Shown one piece after another: positions 7,425 to 15,792 of a stretch of 32,000 bases of DNA. Origin of the DNA: Candidatus Atabeyarchaeum deiterrae. Its GTDB lineage: Archaea; Asgardarchaeota; Atabeyarchaeia; Atabeyarchaeales; Atabeyarchaeaceae. The position numbers and the translations under genes are program-made. Numbering within the stretch: position 1 is the first letter of the stretch; the number at the start of each line of letters is the position of its first letter. Below the pieces are notes generated by a model, which had not been told where the DNA came from, did not search any database, and saw only the letters and a program-made list of their open reading frames with translations. Where the stretch lies: NCBI GenBank assembly GCA_037310415.1, contig CP147780.1, positions 662,402 to 694,401 of the forward strand. The letters are read 5' to 3'.

Positions 7425-7523
7425 ATGTGCCATCGCATGGCTCGGTTGCAAAGGCGGGCAAAGTTAGGAAGCAAACCCCGAAAGTTGAAGGTGCGGACAG
7501 AATCAAGGCTTCACCGCGCGTGA
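7425..7523 (+). CDS. Possible small basic protein of 32 aa (MCHRMARLQRRAKLGSKPRKLKVRTESRLHRA). It could alternatively be a structured RNA.
   Basis: AGGAGG lies 7 nt upstream of the ATG. The segment is locally GC-rich inside an otherwise AT-rich spacer. It is too short for the ORF track and I recognise no family. Confidence 0.25.
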   Translation: MCHRMARLQRRAKLGSKPRKLKVRTESRLHRA

Positions 7524-7656
7524 GAGGCAGGCTAAACTACGTCAAGCGAATTCTTCACAATAGACCTATAGGCCAAACTACCTAAGCGCGTTGAAGAATA
7601 AAGTAATGATGATGGGAGTTTTAGCTGTTATTTTGTAGCGCATAGGTTGATTAAGA

Positions 7657-8865
7657 TTGGAAGATAATGCTGTTGAAGAAATACTATTTGGGAAATCCGT
7701 CTTCAAGAACGAAGCTACGTTGCTTTCAGAGTACGTTCCTCCGAAACTTCCGAGAAGAGAACGGGAAGTCATGCGTTTGGTGCAGGATTTCAGACCTCTT
7801 CTCATAAGAGATGGCTCATTTGGTGTCAACATTGCGATAGTAGGCGAAGCTGGGGCAGGCAAATCGGCCCTTGCGAAATCTGTCATGGAGAAGATAGTGC
7901 CAGCTGCAAGTAAGAAGAACATCAGGATACTTTTCGAATATTTCAACTGCTATACTTTTCGTACAAAGAGTGCAATTCTAAGGAACATGCTAACTGAGCG
8001 CTTTCACGTGTTGAGTCGTGGGTTCTCAGACGAAGAACTCCTTAGCATGCTTATTAAGAGACTTGTTAGTGAGAACGCGAAACTTGTAATCGTAATAGAC
8101 GAGGCACCGATTCTTGGCGGCGAAGAAATCCTGAGTGTGTTGCATGCATCAGAGGTATATGGGTTTGGTCAGTCCCGTATTTCAACAGTTGTAATAAGTC
8201 GGCCATCCGAATGGAGATTGATGTTGAGCGCGCCTTTGTCAGGGCACATTCACGACCAGATAAATATGACTAGTTACAGCAAAGAGGATCTCGTTGAAAT
8301 TCTGCGTTACAGGGCGGATACAGCTTTTGTCCCTGGTACCGTATCTGAGGAGATCTTGGATATGGTAGCGCAGATAGCGGCAAGTACAAGGAACGCGAGA
8401 CACGGCATCGAAATGCTCTACCAAGCTGGCAAAAGGGCGGATTCAGAAGGTGGAACGGAACTGACAGCTGAAATGATAAGGCAGGCAAAGGAAAATGTCT
8501 ATCCTGAACTAAGGTATGACATGTTCTATACTCTAAAGCCTCATGAGGTTCTGACTGCGCTAAGCATTGCTAGGATGCTAAAAACCAAAGGATCAACATC
8601 CACAACGGTGGACGAATCCTTCGACTACTACCGTGTAGTCTGCGAGGAAGAAGGATTCTCGCCGCAGTTGAAGCCGACTTTCAGAAAGAATGTTAGTCTT
8701 CTGATCAATCTCGGATTCATGGGTCTGATCGTGGGCCCAGTGGAAAGAGGTAAACGAGGCAGACAAGGGAGAATAACACTATATGACATTCCGGCAAGCA
8801 TTCTTGAAGAGAGACTCCGTGATATTCTCGACCGATTCAAGAGAAACCCAAGTGGCACAGACTAG
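7657..8865 (+). CDS. cdc6: Orc1/Cdc6 replication initiator (AAA+ domain plus C-terminal winged helix)
   Basis: FKNEATLLSEYVPPKLPRREREVMRL is the canonical Orc1 N-terminal motif. The Walker A is GEAGAGKS and the Walker B is VIVIDEA. A C-terminal wH-like region is present. The start codon is TTG. Confidence 0.9.
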   Translation: MEDNAVEEILFGKSVFKNEATLLSEYVPPKLPRREREVMRLVQDFRPLLIRDGSFGVNIAIVGEAGAGKSALAKSVMEKIVPAASKKNIRILFEYFNCYTFRTKSAILRNMLTERFHVLSRGFSDEELLSMLIKRLVSENAKLVIVIDEAPILGGEEILSVLHASEVYGFGQSRISTVVISRPSEWRLMLSAPLSGHIHDQINMTSYSKEDLVEILRYRADTAFVPGTVSEEILDMVAQIAASTRNARHGIEMLYQAGKRADSEGGTELTAEMIRQAKENVYPELRYDMFYTLKPHEVLTALSIARMLKTKGSTSTTVDESFDYYRVVCEEEGFSPQLKPTFRKNVSLLINLGFMGLIVGPVERGKRGRQGRITLYDIPASILEERLRDILDRFKRNPSGTD

Positions 8866-8867
8866 AA

Positions 8868-10232
8868 TCATGGAATAGGTTTCAACTGTTTTTGCCTCGA
8901 GTTCCTTAGAGTCTGATGATATGAGCCAGTCGCCTTTGCCACGAATATATTGTGTTTGGTGCGAATCATACGCACCTGTCTTCTTGAATGGGTGTCCGTG
9001 TCGCCTGTCAGAACATGTAGAGATCGGTCCCTACCGACGCCAAGCATCTCCCCCATCATTCGACCAGATTCTAGGATCTCGATTTCGCAGATCTCGCCTC
9101 TTCTGAAAGGTTTTGGATAGCTTTCCATCGGTCTTATTCCAAAGTCGGTGGGGGTCAGAATGAGAGGGTGAACATCATAGAATTTGCCAATAGCCTCTAT
9201 TTCACTCTGGAACTGTTTCATAGAGCAAGGCTTGAGACCTTTTACCTTCTTGCCATGTTTATGGATCAAGTAATTCTGAATGCCAAGCAAAGGCCACTCT
9301 GACCTATTCGCAATCTTCTTAACAAATCGCACTATCTTGGGAATCTCATCGTCGTTGAGACCAGGAACCCACAGCGGGGCTATAAGTAGTGAAACGTCTG
9401 ACTCACATATCTTCTCCACGATATTGAGAATATGTCCAAGAGAATAACCTACTTCACCTGAAAGCTGTAATGCTTTCCCTGAATCCAATGCATTTACTGA
9501 GAGATTTATCCGAGAAAGTCCGGCCCGCTCCAGTTTATCGACTAGACTATCCGTCAATGGAACTCCATTAGTCTGGAGTGATATTGTCTCAACGCCAGAA
9601 ATCATTGAAAGCTTCTCAACTAACTCAGGCAGATAAGGATAGAGTGTCGGTTCTCCTTGTCCATCAATATGCAACTCGATGGATTGCGATCCCTTGAATT
9701 CGCATAATTTCCTTATCTCATCGACCATGTATCCAGGTTCGACAATGAAATCAGTCAAGCGGGTCTTCGAGTGTAATCCACTGTCGACGGAGCAGAAAGG
9801 ACAGTCGAGGACACACCCGGTTATTGGTCTAACCTGAATTAGGTTTGTTCCTCTATCGATTATCCCAAAATCAATCCGTCCTATCAAGGGGATCCCAGAA
9901 GAGTCTGTCACATAGATGAGTCTGTTTCCAGTGATCCGATTCCTGAGCGTGCCGGGCAAATGTGCTGAGATGAAGTTGCTCGCAATGTCAACTAGTTTCT
10001 GATCATCTACCCTATCACCGGAGGATGTATCAAGAATGAGCATCAATTCTCCGTCTTTAACTATAATATCAGCTCTTGATGTGTCACTTGTTAAACCCCT
10101 TCTCATAAGGTTCCTCAGCCGAGCTAACGGTAACTCGCCAGCAATGATTCTGTGAAGATAGATAGTGATTATTCCACCATTGATTTCTGCTTCAATCGGA
10201 AAGAGTTGAGACAAGTTGATTTCTCTTCTCAT
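8868..10232 (-). CDS. Radical SAM protein (archaeal COG2100-like)
   Basis: It carries CVLDCPFCSV, the CX3CX2C radical SAM cluster motif, with TIM-barrel-like repeats after it. It also has long N-terminal and C-terminal extra domains. Confidence 0.8.
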   Translation of the reverse strand: MRREINLSQLFPIEAEINGGIITIYLHRIIAGELPLARLRNLMRRGLTSDTSRADIIVKDGELMLILDTSSGDRVDDQKLVDIASNFISAHLPGTLRNRITGNRLIYVTDSSGIPLIGRIDFGIIDRGTNLIQVRPITGCVLDCPFCSVDSGLHSKTRLTDFIVEPGYMVDEIRKLCEFKGSQSIELHIDGQGEPTLYPYLPELVEKLSMISGVETISLQTNGVPLTDSLVDKLERAGLSRINLSVNALDSGKALQLSGEVGYSLGHILNIVEKICESDVSLLIAPLWVPGLNDDEIPKIVRFVKKIANRSEWPLLGIQNYLIHKHGKKVKGLKPCSMKQFQSEIEAIGKFYDVHPLILTPTDFGIRPMESYPKPFRRGEICEIEILESGRMMGEMLGVGRDRSLHVLTGDTDTHSRRQVRMIRTKHNIFVAKATGSYHQTLRNSRQKQLKPIP

Positions 10233-10407
10233 TGAACTTCATCTTTCTCTGTCCAACAGATTTATAACAGGTCTTGAGATCCGATTCCATTGAAGAACCA
10301 TACGGACTTGTCACATGAACACTAGTTCTACTGCGTGTTACTAACTTTTTGCTGTACGGGCGCAGCTGATAAACATGGTTATGTGCTGACTACCATTTAA
10401 CCCTACA

Positions 10408-11385
10408 GTGAAGACCAAAATCAATGAGATTAGTTGTGCAGGCGGTCCGAAATTGAATAAATGCTCAAAGTGCGGTAGGAACGCTGTCACATTCAGGCCC
10501 TACTCTGGTGAGTACTTATGTAAAGTATGCTTCACTGGATCAGTTGAAGATAAGGTTAGGAGAGCGATTACAGTCAACAGAATGCTGAAGGAAGATGACA
10601 GAATAGCAGTAGGGCTCTCAGGTGGCAAGGACAGTGTGGTCTTACTACACATCATGAAGCAGATCGAAGAGAAATTTCCTAATTCACGACTCATGGCTCT
10701 TACGGTTGACGAGGGAATATCAGGTTATCGTGAAGAGAGTATAGCTGTAGCAAAGAGAAATGCATTGTTGCACGATATACCCCATTCTATATTCTCTTTT
10801 AAGGATCTTTTCGGCTACACAATCGATGAGATTATGCAAAATGGACGAGTGAAAAACTCGGGCGCTAGCGCATGTTCTTTTTGTGGGTCACTCAGGAGAA
10901 GGGCATTGAACCAGATGGCCAGAGAGCTCGGAGCCACAAAGCTAGCCGTTGGGCATAATTTGGATGATGAGTCTCAAAGCATACTCCTGAACGTGCTACG
11001 GCCAGACATTCATCGCTTGGCTAAGTTGGTTCCGGCTACAAGTTCCGAATGTAAGAACTTCGTACCTCGAATTAAACCACTTCGGGCGATTCCTGAGCGG
11101 GAAACTGTTCTATATGCATATTACAAAGGAATAGAGTTCCACTCACAAGAATGCCCATACTCGTTTAATGTGCTCAGAGGCGACATTGAATCGATTTTGA
11201 ACACTCTTGAAGCCAGGAACCCAGGAGTAAAATACGGTATACTCAGATTCTTGGAGGACTTAGCCCCCCTTCTCGAAAACTATAGACGAGATATCGATTT
11301 TACTCAATGTGAGTATTGTGGTGAGCCTTCTTCGGACACTCTCTGCAATGTGTGCAAACTCTTATCACACTTAGCTCAGAAATGA
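10408..11385 (+). CDS. PP-loop ATPase of the TtuA/NcsA(Ctu1)/TtcA family (tRNA 2-thiolation)
   Basis: The PP-loop is SGGKDS. The N-terminus has CSKCG..CKVC and the C-terminus has CEYCG..CNVC, forming zinc-ribbon pairs. GHNLDDE is also present. Confidence 0.8.
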   Translation: MKTKINEISCAGGPKLNKCSKCGRNAVTFRPYSGEYLCKVCFTGSVEDKVRRAITVNRMLKEDDRIAVGLSGGKDSVVLLHIMKQIEEKFPNSRLMALTVDEGISGYREESIAVAKRNALLHDIPHSIFSFKDLFGYTIDEIMQNGRVKNSGASACSFCGSLRRRALNQMARELGATKLAVGHNLDDESQSILLNVLRPDIHRLAKLVPATSSECKNFVPRIKPLRAIPERETVLYAYYKGIEFHSQECPYSFNVLRGDIESILNTLEARNPGVKYGILRFLEDLAPLLENYRRDIDFTQCEYCGEPSSDTLCNVCKLLSHLAQK

Positions 11386-11401
11386 GTAGTGAACATGGAA
11401 A

Positions 11402-11751
11402 GGGTTATGAACCCCGACTCTCGACATCCTTTACGCTCACCAGTACCCTTCTCTAGGGAATCCACCCCGTGAATCCGAAAGCGCACCCGGTCAAACTTAC
11501 GACTGCTGCCTCCCGGCTCTCGTCGGATTTGTCTACAACGGTCTTCTCCATCTCCCCTACAGGAGATGTTCGACCACCAGATGCCCTCCGGGGCGAGGCT
11601 TCATGTCCCTCGGAAAAGGCTGTATGAACGCTTGGAATGCCTCAAGCCGGCATTCGGCCCGCCGTATAGGGCGTTTGCGGTACAGGGGAGTTCTAGCCTA
11701 TGGCTGGGGATCAGTCTAGGTCCCTAGCCCCCCGCCTAGGCTCATAACCCC
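11402..11751 (-). ncRNA. Signal recognition particle RNA (archaeal 7S RNA); ends are approximate
   Basis: On the minus strand the 5' end GGGTTATGA pairs with the 3' end TCATAACCC. GCCTAGGCGGGGGGCTAGGG and CTCCCCTGTACCGCAAACGCC resemble the archaeal Alu-domain 5' region. CGAC-GAGA-GCC-GGGA-GGC-AGCA-GTCG forms the helix 8 motif, with a GNRA loop and an AGCA symmetric loop. Confidence 0.85.
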
Positions 11752-11766
11752 AATGTGGATACCGAA

Positions 11767-11781
11767 AAATTAAATATAAAG
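11767..11781 (-). promoter_or_regulatory. TATA box/BRE-like AT box for the SRP RNA
   Basis: CTTTATATTTAATTT on the minus strand is centred about 25 nt upstream of the inferred SRP RNA 5' end. Confidence 0.5.
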
Positions 11782-11853
11782 ATTTCCTGATGTGGAGATT
11801 AGGTGGTTTTTGGGCACCAACTGTGTTTGATGTCCTGATCCATGCGTATGCGT

Positions 11854-11995
11854 GCCGGGGTGTCCTAGAGAGACGAATTCGACCAGTCTCAGGGAACCTG
11901 GTAGGGAGCAGACAAAACCACTCTTGGTAATGGCTCATGCCTGCTAAGTCTGTGCCCGAAAGGGCGCGTGGGTTCAAATCCCACCCCCGGCGCCA
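11854..11995 (+). tRNA. tRNA-Ser(GCU), class II, with two introns and an encoded CCA
   Basis: The acceptor is GCCGGGG/CCCCGGC with discriminator G, followed by CCA. The T arm is GTGGG-TTCAAAT-CCCAC and the long variable arm is TGCCCGAAAGGGCGC. D arm TCCT/GGGA and D-loop AGCCTGGTA form only after removing 11869-11896 (28 nt). The anticodon arm CAGAC-CTGCTAA-GTCTG, with the anticodon at 11943-11945, forms only after removing 11914-11940 (27 nt, between positions 31 and 32). The bookkeeping is 139 = 84 + 55. Confidence 0.8.
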
Positions 11996-12138
11996 AACTA
12001 TTAATGAGATTCTGGGGGATGAGTAGTACCTGTTGGGTGGGCTGAAAGCGGCGAGTAGTCAGATAGAGGTTCGGTGTCTGGCAAATTCCTCTTCCAAATG
12101 CCATCTAGCTGGGAATCTGATCTCACATTCGAAACACC

Positions 12139-12579
12139 GTGTCGGGGGCAATCATTGTGGGGTACGAATTCCTTGAACACACTGCTGACGTTATGGTTGA
12201 AGCGCACGGGGGATCCCTTGAGGAAGCATTCTGCTTTGCTGCCAAAGCCATGTTCGATACGATGGTTGACTTGTCGAAAGTTGTGCCGAAATCAAGTGTG
12301 AATGTTGAGGTTTCGGCAAGTGACGTCGAAGGTTTGTTGTACTTGTGGCTCGAGGAACTGCTTTTCAGGTTTGATGTCGAGAGGATGGTTTTCTCAGAAT
12401 TCAGATTCCAATTCATCGAGAAAGAAGATGCCCTGATCGGTAGGGGAATTGCAGAGGGTGAGCCTTACGACCCTAAGAAGCATTTGGGGAAAACCGAGGT
12501 AAAAGCAGTAACATACGAAGAAATGCTGATAGTTAAGAGCGATAGGGGTTTCAAGGTTAGGTTCATTCTCGATATATGA
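12139..12579 (+). CDS. Archease (activator of the RtcB tRNA-splicing ligase and chaperone of tRNA m5C methyltransferase)
   Basis: GYEFLEHTADVMVEAHGGSLEEAF..A is the hallmark archease N-terminus. It is 146 aa, and KAVTYEEM lies near the C-terminus. Confidence 0.85.
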   Translation: MSGAIIVGYEFLEHTADVMVEAHGGSLEEAFCFAAKAMFDTMVDLSKVVPKSSVNVEVSASDVEGLLYLWLEELLFRFDVERMVFSEFRFQFIEKEDALIGRGIAEGEPYDPKKHLGKTEVKAVTYEEMLIVKSDRGFKVRFILDI

Positions 12580-12791
12580 TAGATCGATCGGTTCCTTTAT
12601 CAATTGTCGATTAATCGCCAACTGTTAGGGATTTGCCGAAGTATGATCCCTTCAAGACATAACACTTTTATTTGATCAGCAATAGGAGTAGTAGTTCAAA
12701 TCCCGGCATCATTGATGACTGTTCTTAGAATGATATGCATTGTCCATGACAACAGGTCTTTATGAGTTAGGTCCATTGAGGACGATCAAAG

Positions 12792-13682
12792 ATGACTTCG
12801 TTTAACTTCGACCCCGTCAGCATTCTAATTGGTTTACTAGTTGTTGGTGGTTTCGGTGTTTTTTCAATGAAAGTAAAAGCGGTCAACTTCTCTGGTTTAA
12901 TAGCAGGTCTAGTAGTAGGGCTTTCAGTCTGGGTCTTCGGGGGCTGGTATTGGTTTGTTTTGATCCTGACATTTCACTTGGTCACCGCTCAGTTCACACA
13001 TTTCAAGTATGAATTCAAGAGGAAACTCGGTGTCGCGGAAGGGAAGCATGGAGCAAGGGCGTGGGGAAATGTTTTTGCTAACGGAGGAATCCCAGCAGTC
13101 TTCGCCATTTTCGAGAGAATATACCCGATTTACTTGACTGGAAGCGCAGACATATTCTTCGCCGCTTTCATAGGAGCGATATCTACCACAACCGCAGACA
13201 CACTTGCCACCGAAATCGGGTTGCTTTATCCAAGAGAGCCCAGACTCATCACCAATCTCAAGACAAAAGTTGTACCCGGAACATCTGGAGGCATATCACC
13301 TCTTGGTGAAGCAGCTATAATCGGAGGCGGCCTTTTGATAGGGTCCGTGGCTTGGCTTCTCGCTATTACGACGAGACTGATACCAAGTGAAGGCATTCTC
13401 GGTTTTGGTCCAAACCTGCTTATCATATGTGTCGTGTCGGCCTTCTTTGGAAGCACCATTGACAGTTTTCTTGGCGCAACTCTGCAGGGATCGTACAAGT
13501 GTAAGGCATGCCACAAGATAACAGAGCATAGAGTTCACTGCGACGAGCCAGCAGAGCTTATGAGAGGTAGCAGATTACTCGGAAACAACTGGGTTAACTT
13601 CATTTCATCCCTTTCAGGTGCCGTTGTAGCAATCCTCATGTTTTACTTCAGCATACAGTTCCCTCTAGTTCGAACGATTTAG
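12792..13682 (+). CDS. DUF92/TMEM19-family integral membrane protein (COG1836) with a C-terminal Cys/His cluster
   Basis: It has multiple TM helices. PGTSGGISPLGEAAIIGG is a typical DUF92 motif. YKCKACHKITEHRVHC is inserted before the last helix. Confidence 0.7.
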   Translation: MTSFNFDPVSILIGLLVVGGFGVFSMKVKAVNFSGLIAGLVVGLSVWVFGGWYWFVLILTFHLVTAQFTHFKYEFKRKLGVAEGKHGARAWGNVFANGGIPAVFAIFERIYPIYLTGSADIFFAAFIGAISTTTADTLATEIGLLYPREPRLITNLKTKVVPGTSGGISPLGEAAIIGGGLLIGSVAWLLAITTRLIPSEGILGFGPNLLIICVVSAFFGSTIDSFLGATLQGSYKCKACHKITEHRVHCDEPAELMRGSRLLGNNWVNFISSLSGAVVAILMFYFSIQFPLVRTI

Positions 13683-13700
13683 GAATCGTTGGCGAGGGTC

Positions 13701-13952
13701 TTACTTCTTCGAAGCATAGTAGCTGTCAATAAACTCTCCATAGACATCTACCTGCTCGGTGAGTTTGCCGACAGCAAGCTTGCTGTTTATTCCACAGTTA
13801 CCACATCTGACTGAAGCTTCATGGTGACTCTTGTCTATCATTATCTTGACTGATTTGTTTCCGCATGAGGGACACGTAAAAAGCACCGGCACTCTTCTTG
13901 GAATTCTTTTGATAACCTTCCTGCGTCTTCTGCCCATCTCAAACACAACCAT
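13701..13952 (-). CDS. Transcription elongation factor Elf1 homologue (zinc ribbon). The likely start is the ATG at 13937.
   Basis: MGRRRRKVIKR...FTCPSCGN...VRCGNCG...VDVYGEFID matches the Elf1 architecture: a basic tail plus a C4 zinc ribbon. Confidence 0.75.
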   Translation of the reverse strand: MVVFEMGRRRRKVIKRIPRRVPVLFTCPSCGNKSVKIMIDKSHHEASVRCGNCGINSKLAVGKLTEQVDVYGEFIDSYYASKK

Positions 13953-14022
13953 ATCTTCGTACGCCGTTCTAAAAGTAACTCATGGTCGGCTTAGCTCAGT
14001 TTTCGTCATAACAATGTCCCTT

Positions 14023-15792
14023 CTAGATAATAAACTCGTTTCTGATGTGTTCAAGCAGTGACCTTGCTTCAATTCTGGGGTCGGGTTTAACTATTCTGAT
14101 AACTCTGAGTTCACTCCTGTTCAACTTCTGATTCAGAGAGCACCTCCCTACCAGGATCACGTCTGTGCCGAGAACATTTGAGAGCATTGATGCATTTTCT
14201 TTTGTGTTGCCTTCTATGCCAGAAAGCAGCTCATCAGCTCTCATGTCCAGCAGTTCTTCGCCAATCTTTCCTGACAACGTGCATTTTACTATAGCGGTTC
14301 CATCATCAAGGGTTAGGCTGTATAGAACTCTTGGCATGGGGGTATCGATGCTGCCATGTTCTATGCAGAGCCATTTTTCTTCTTTCTTGTCAACTTTTCT
14401 GAAGCATTTCGGACATGCCATATAGACTAGAGGTCTATCTTGGACTTTCGTGATCAACCCTCTGATTTCAGCGACCTCCCCATCCTTCAGTTCGACTATC
14501 TTCTTCCTATGGACTCTGTTATCTCTGTCTTCTACCCGTGCGAGATCATATCTTAATCCACGATCTGCCAACGCGATCCTTTCTATGCCGTTCTTGACAG
14601 TGACCAAATTCGAATCTCTGATATGTACTTCTACCTCAGCGTTTATTCCACGTCTTATGTTTCCTTCTCTGATTGCGATGCTGTCACCTTTTCTCAGCTC
14701 TCTAAGATTCTCAGCATCTTCGTCCCATGCCACAACTCTAATCGATGAAGTGTTGTCAGCCAGAATGAATGAGAGTATCTTACCTTTCACACCATTACTG
14801 CGGGTGAACTCTCTAAGAAGAGGCTCATCAGCTATCAAACCCTCTAGGGCAACACCTCGTGTTCTCCGCTCACTTTCAATAATTCCCTTGGCTTTCTCGA
14901 TTCCAGTCGTACCGACCACAGCAGTTACTGAAGGGACCATTTTGACAGCTGATGATGCGTTGATATGGATTTCGATTCCACCATTTCTATTTAAGCGTGC
15001 TTGTCCCGAGCGAATCTCCATAATGTCCCCTATTCTAGCATTTTCCACAAGAGATGTTTTGTCATCCCAGAAGACCACCCGCGCACTGGCTCCAGTCTCA
15101 TCTCCTATGATCAGGCTTGACAGCCGGACTTCCCTTCCTTCCTTGGTTCGCACGGATCTCGTACCGAAAACTCTCTGAACAAGCCCTTTAACATTAACTT
15201 CTCTCATTTCAGGTCTCAGTTCGTTGACTTTCATACTCCTCGCCAAGTCTGGAGGAAAGTCACTTTCCCTAGTATCATGAGGGTTGATTTCTATTCGTCC
15301 TCTTCTACCAACATGCAGTTCAATCTTTTCCCCTAAGTCCTCTTTTACATAGCCATCATGGATTCTGACGATACTGCCCTCGTTGACATTGTTAGTTTGA
15401 ACGAAACTGGTCGCTTCGCCCCATAATACGGTCTTCGCTTCTCCACTCTTGTCGGCGATGACTAGGTCTGTTACAAATCCCTTGTTGCCGTTTCTGTCAG
15501 TGTACTCCCTTACAGGATTGACTCTCATGACCCTGCCAGTGATTGTGACATTACTCATTCCCGTAACAAGATCGCCAATCGTGAGACTGAGATCCTCATC
15601 ATCAAGATCTGGATAGATCTCTACGCCGAGCTCCTTTGCAACTAGATCGGCGGCTCCTTCATCACTTATCATCCAACTGAGTGTGCTTTTCTTCTTGTCA
15701 ATCAGCTCGAAGACTTGTTTTCTGGATAACCCTTTTTCCTCAACTATTCTACTCACTATTTCGTCAAGCGCCACTCTTGGTAGTCTATTCAT
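14023..15792 (-). CDS. Replication protein A, a large ssDNA-binding protein with several OB folds and a zinc finger
   Basis: The OB-fold pattern is repeated (ITGRVMRV...R.Y.....G....L.I.D.TG). CPKCFRKVDKKEEKWLCIEHG forms the zinc ribbon inside the last OB fold. The protein is 589 aa. Confidence 0.85.
   Translation of the reverse strand: MNRLPRVALDEIVSRIVEEKGLSRKQVFELIDKKKSTLSWMISDEGAADLVAKELGVEIYPDLDDEDLSLTIGDLVTGMSNVTITGRVMRVNPVREYTDRNGNKGFVTDLVIADKSGEAKTVLWGEATSFVQTNNVNEGSIVRIHDGYVKEDLGEKIELHVGRRGRIEINPHDTRESDFPPDLARSMKVNELRPEMREVNVKGLVQRVFGTRSVRTKEGREVRLSSLIIGDETGASARVVFWDDKTSLVENARIGDIMEIRSGQARLNRNGGIEIHINASSAVKMVPSVTAVVGTTGIEKAKGIIESERRTRGVALEGLIADEPLLREFTRSNGVKGKILSFILADNTSSIRVVAWDEDAENLRELRKGDSIAIREGNIRRGINAEVEVHIRDSNLVTVKNGIERIALADRGLRYDLARVEDRDNRVHRKKIVELKDGEVAEIRGLITKVQDRPLVYMACPKCFRKVDKKEEKWLCIEHGSIDTPMPRVLYSLTLDDGTAIVKCTLSGKIGEELLDMRADELLSGIEGNTKENASMLSNVLGTDVILVGRCSLNQKLNRSELRVIRIVKPDPRIEARSLLEHIRNEFII

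Noticed and set aside
7603-7660. ATGATGA upstream of orc1, considered as a possible C/D-box sRNA
   Set aside because: No CTGA D box lies at the required spacing and no credible C'/D' pair is present. It is more likely just AT-rich promoter sequence.
7578-7946. A 122-aa minus-strand ORF
   Set aside because: It is antisense to the orc1/cdc6 N-terminus, which has clear AAA+ motifs.
11788-11853. TGATGT ... TTTGATGT-C-CTGA motifs in the leader of tRNA-Ser, considered as a C/D-box RNA
   Set aside because: The box spacing is wrong: only 1 nt separates the C'-like box from CTGA, and no D' box follows 12 nt after the first box.
11711-12416. ORFs at 11711..11977(-), 11889..12104(-), 12001..12207(-), 12074..12301(+) and 12123..12416(-)
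   Set aside because: They overlap the SRP RNA 5' end, tRNA-Ser or the archease gene, and those features explain the sequence.
12680-12712. GTAGTTCAAATCCCGGCATCA, a T-loop-like motif suggesting a sixth tRNA, or a split or permuted tRNA half
   Set aside because: No complementary 5' T-stem strand (CCGGG) or acceptor partner lies within reach. A tentative permuted pairing with the downstream AATGATA gives only 6 of 7 bp, and the T stem still fails.
14165-15178. Plus-strand ORFs of 86 aa and 242 aa
   Set aside because: They are antisense to the RPA gene and have Ser/Leu/Thr-rich low complexity typical of the reverse frame of a Glu/Asp/Arg-rich gene.
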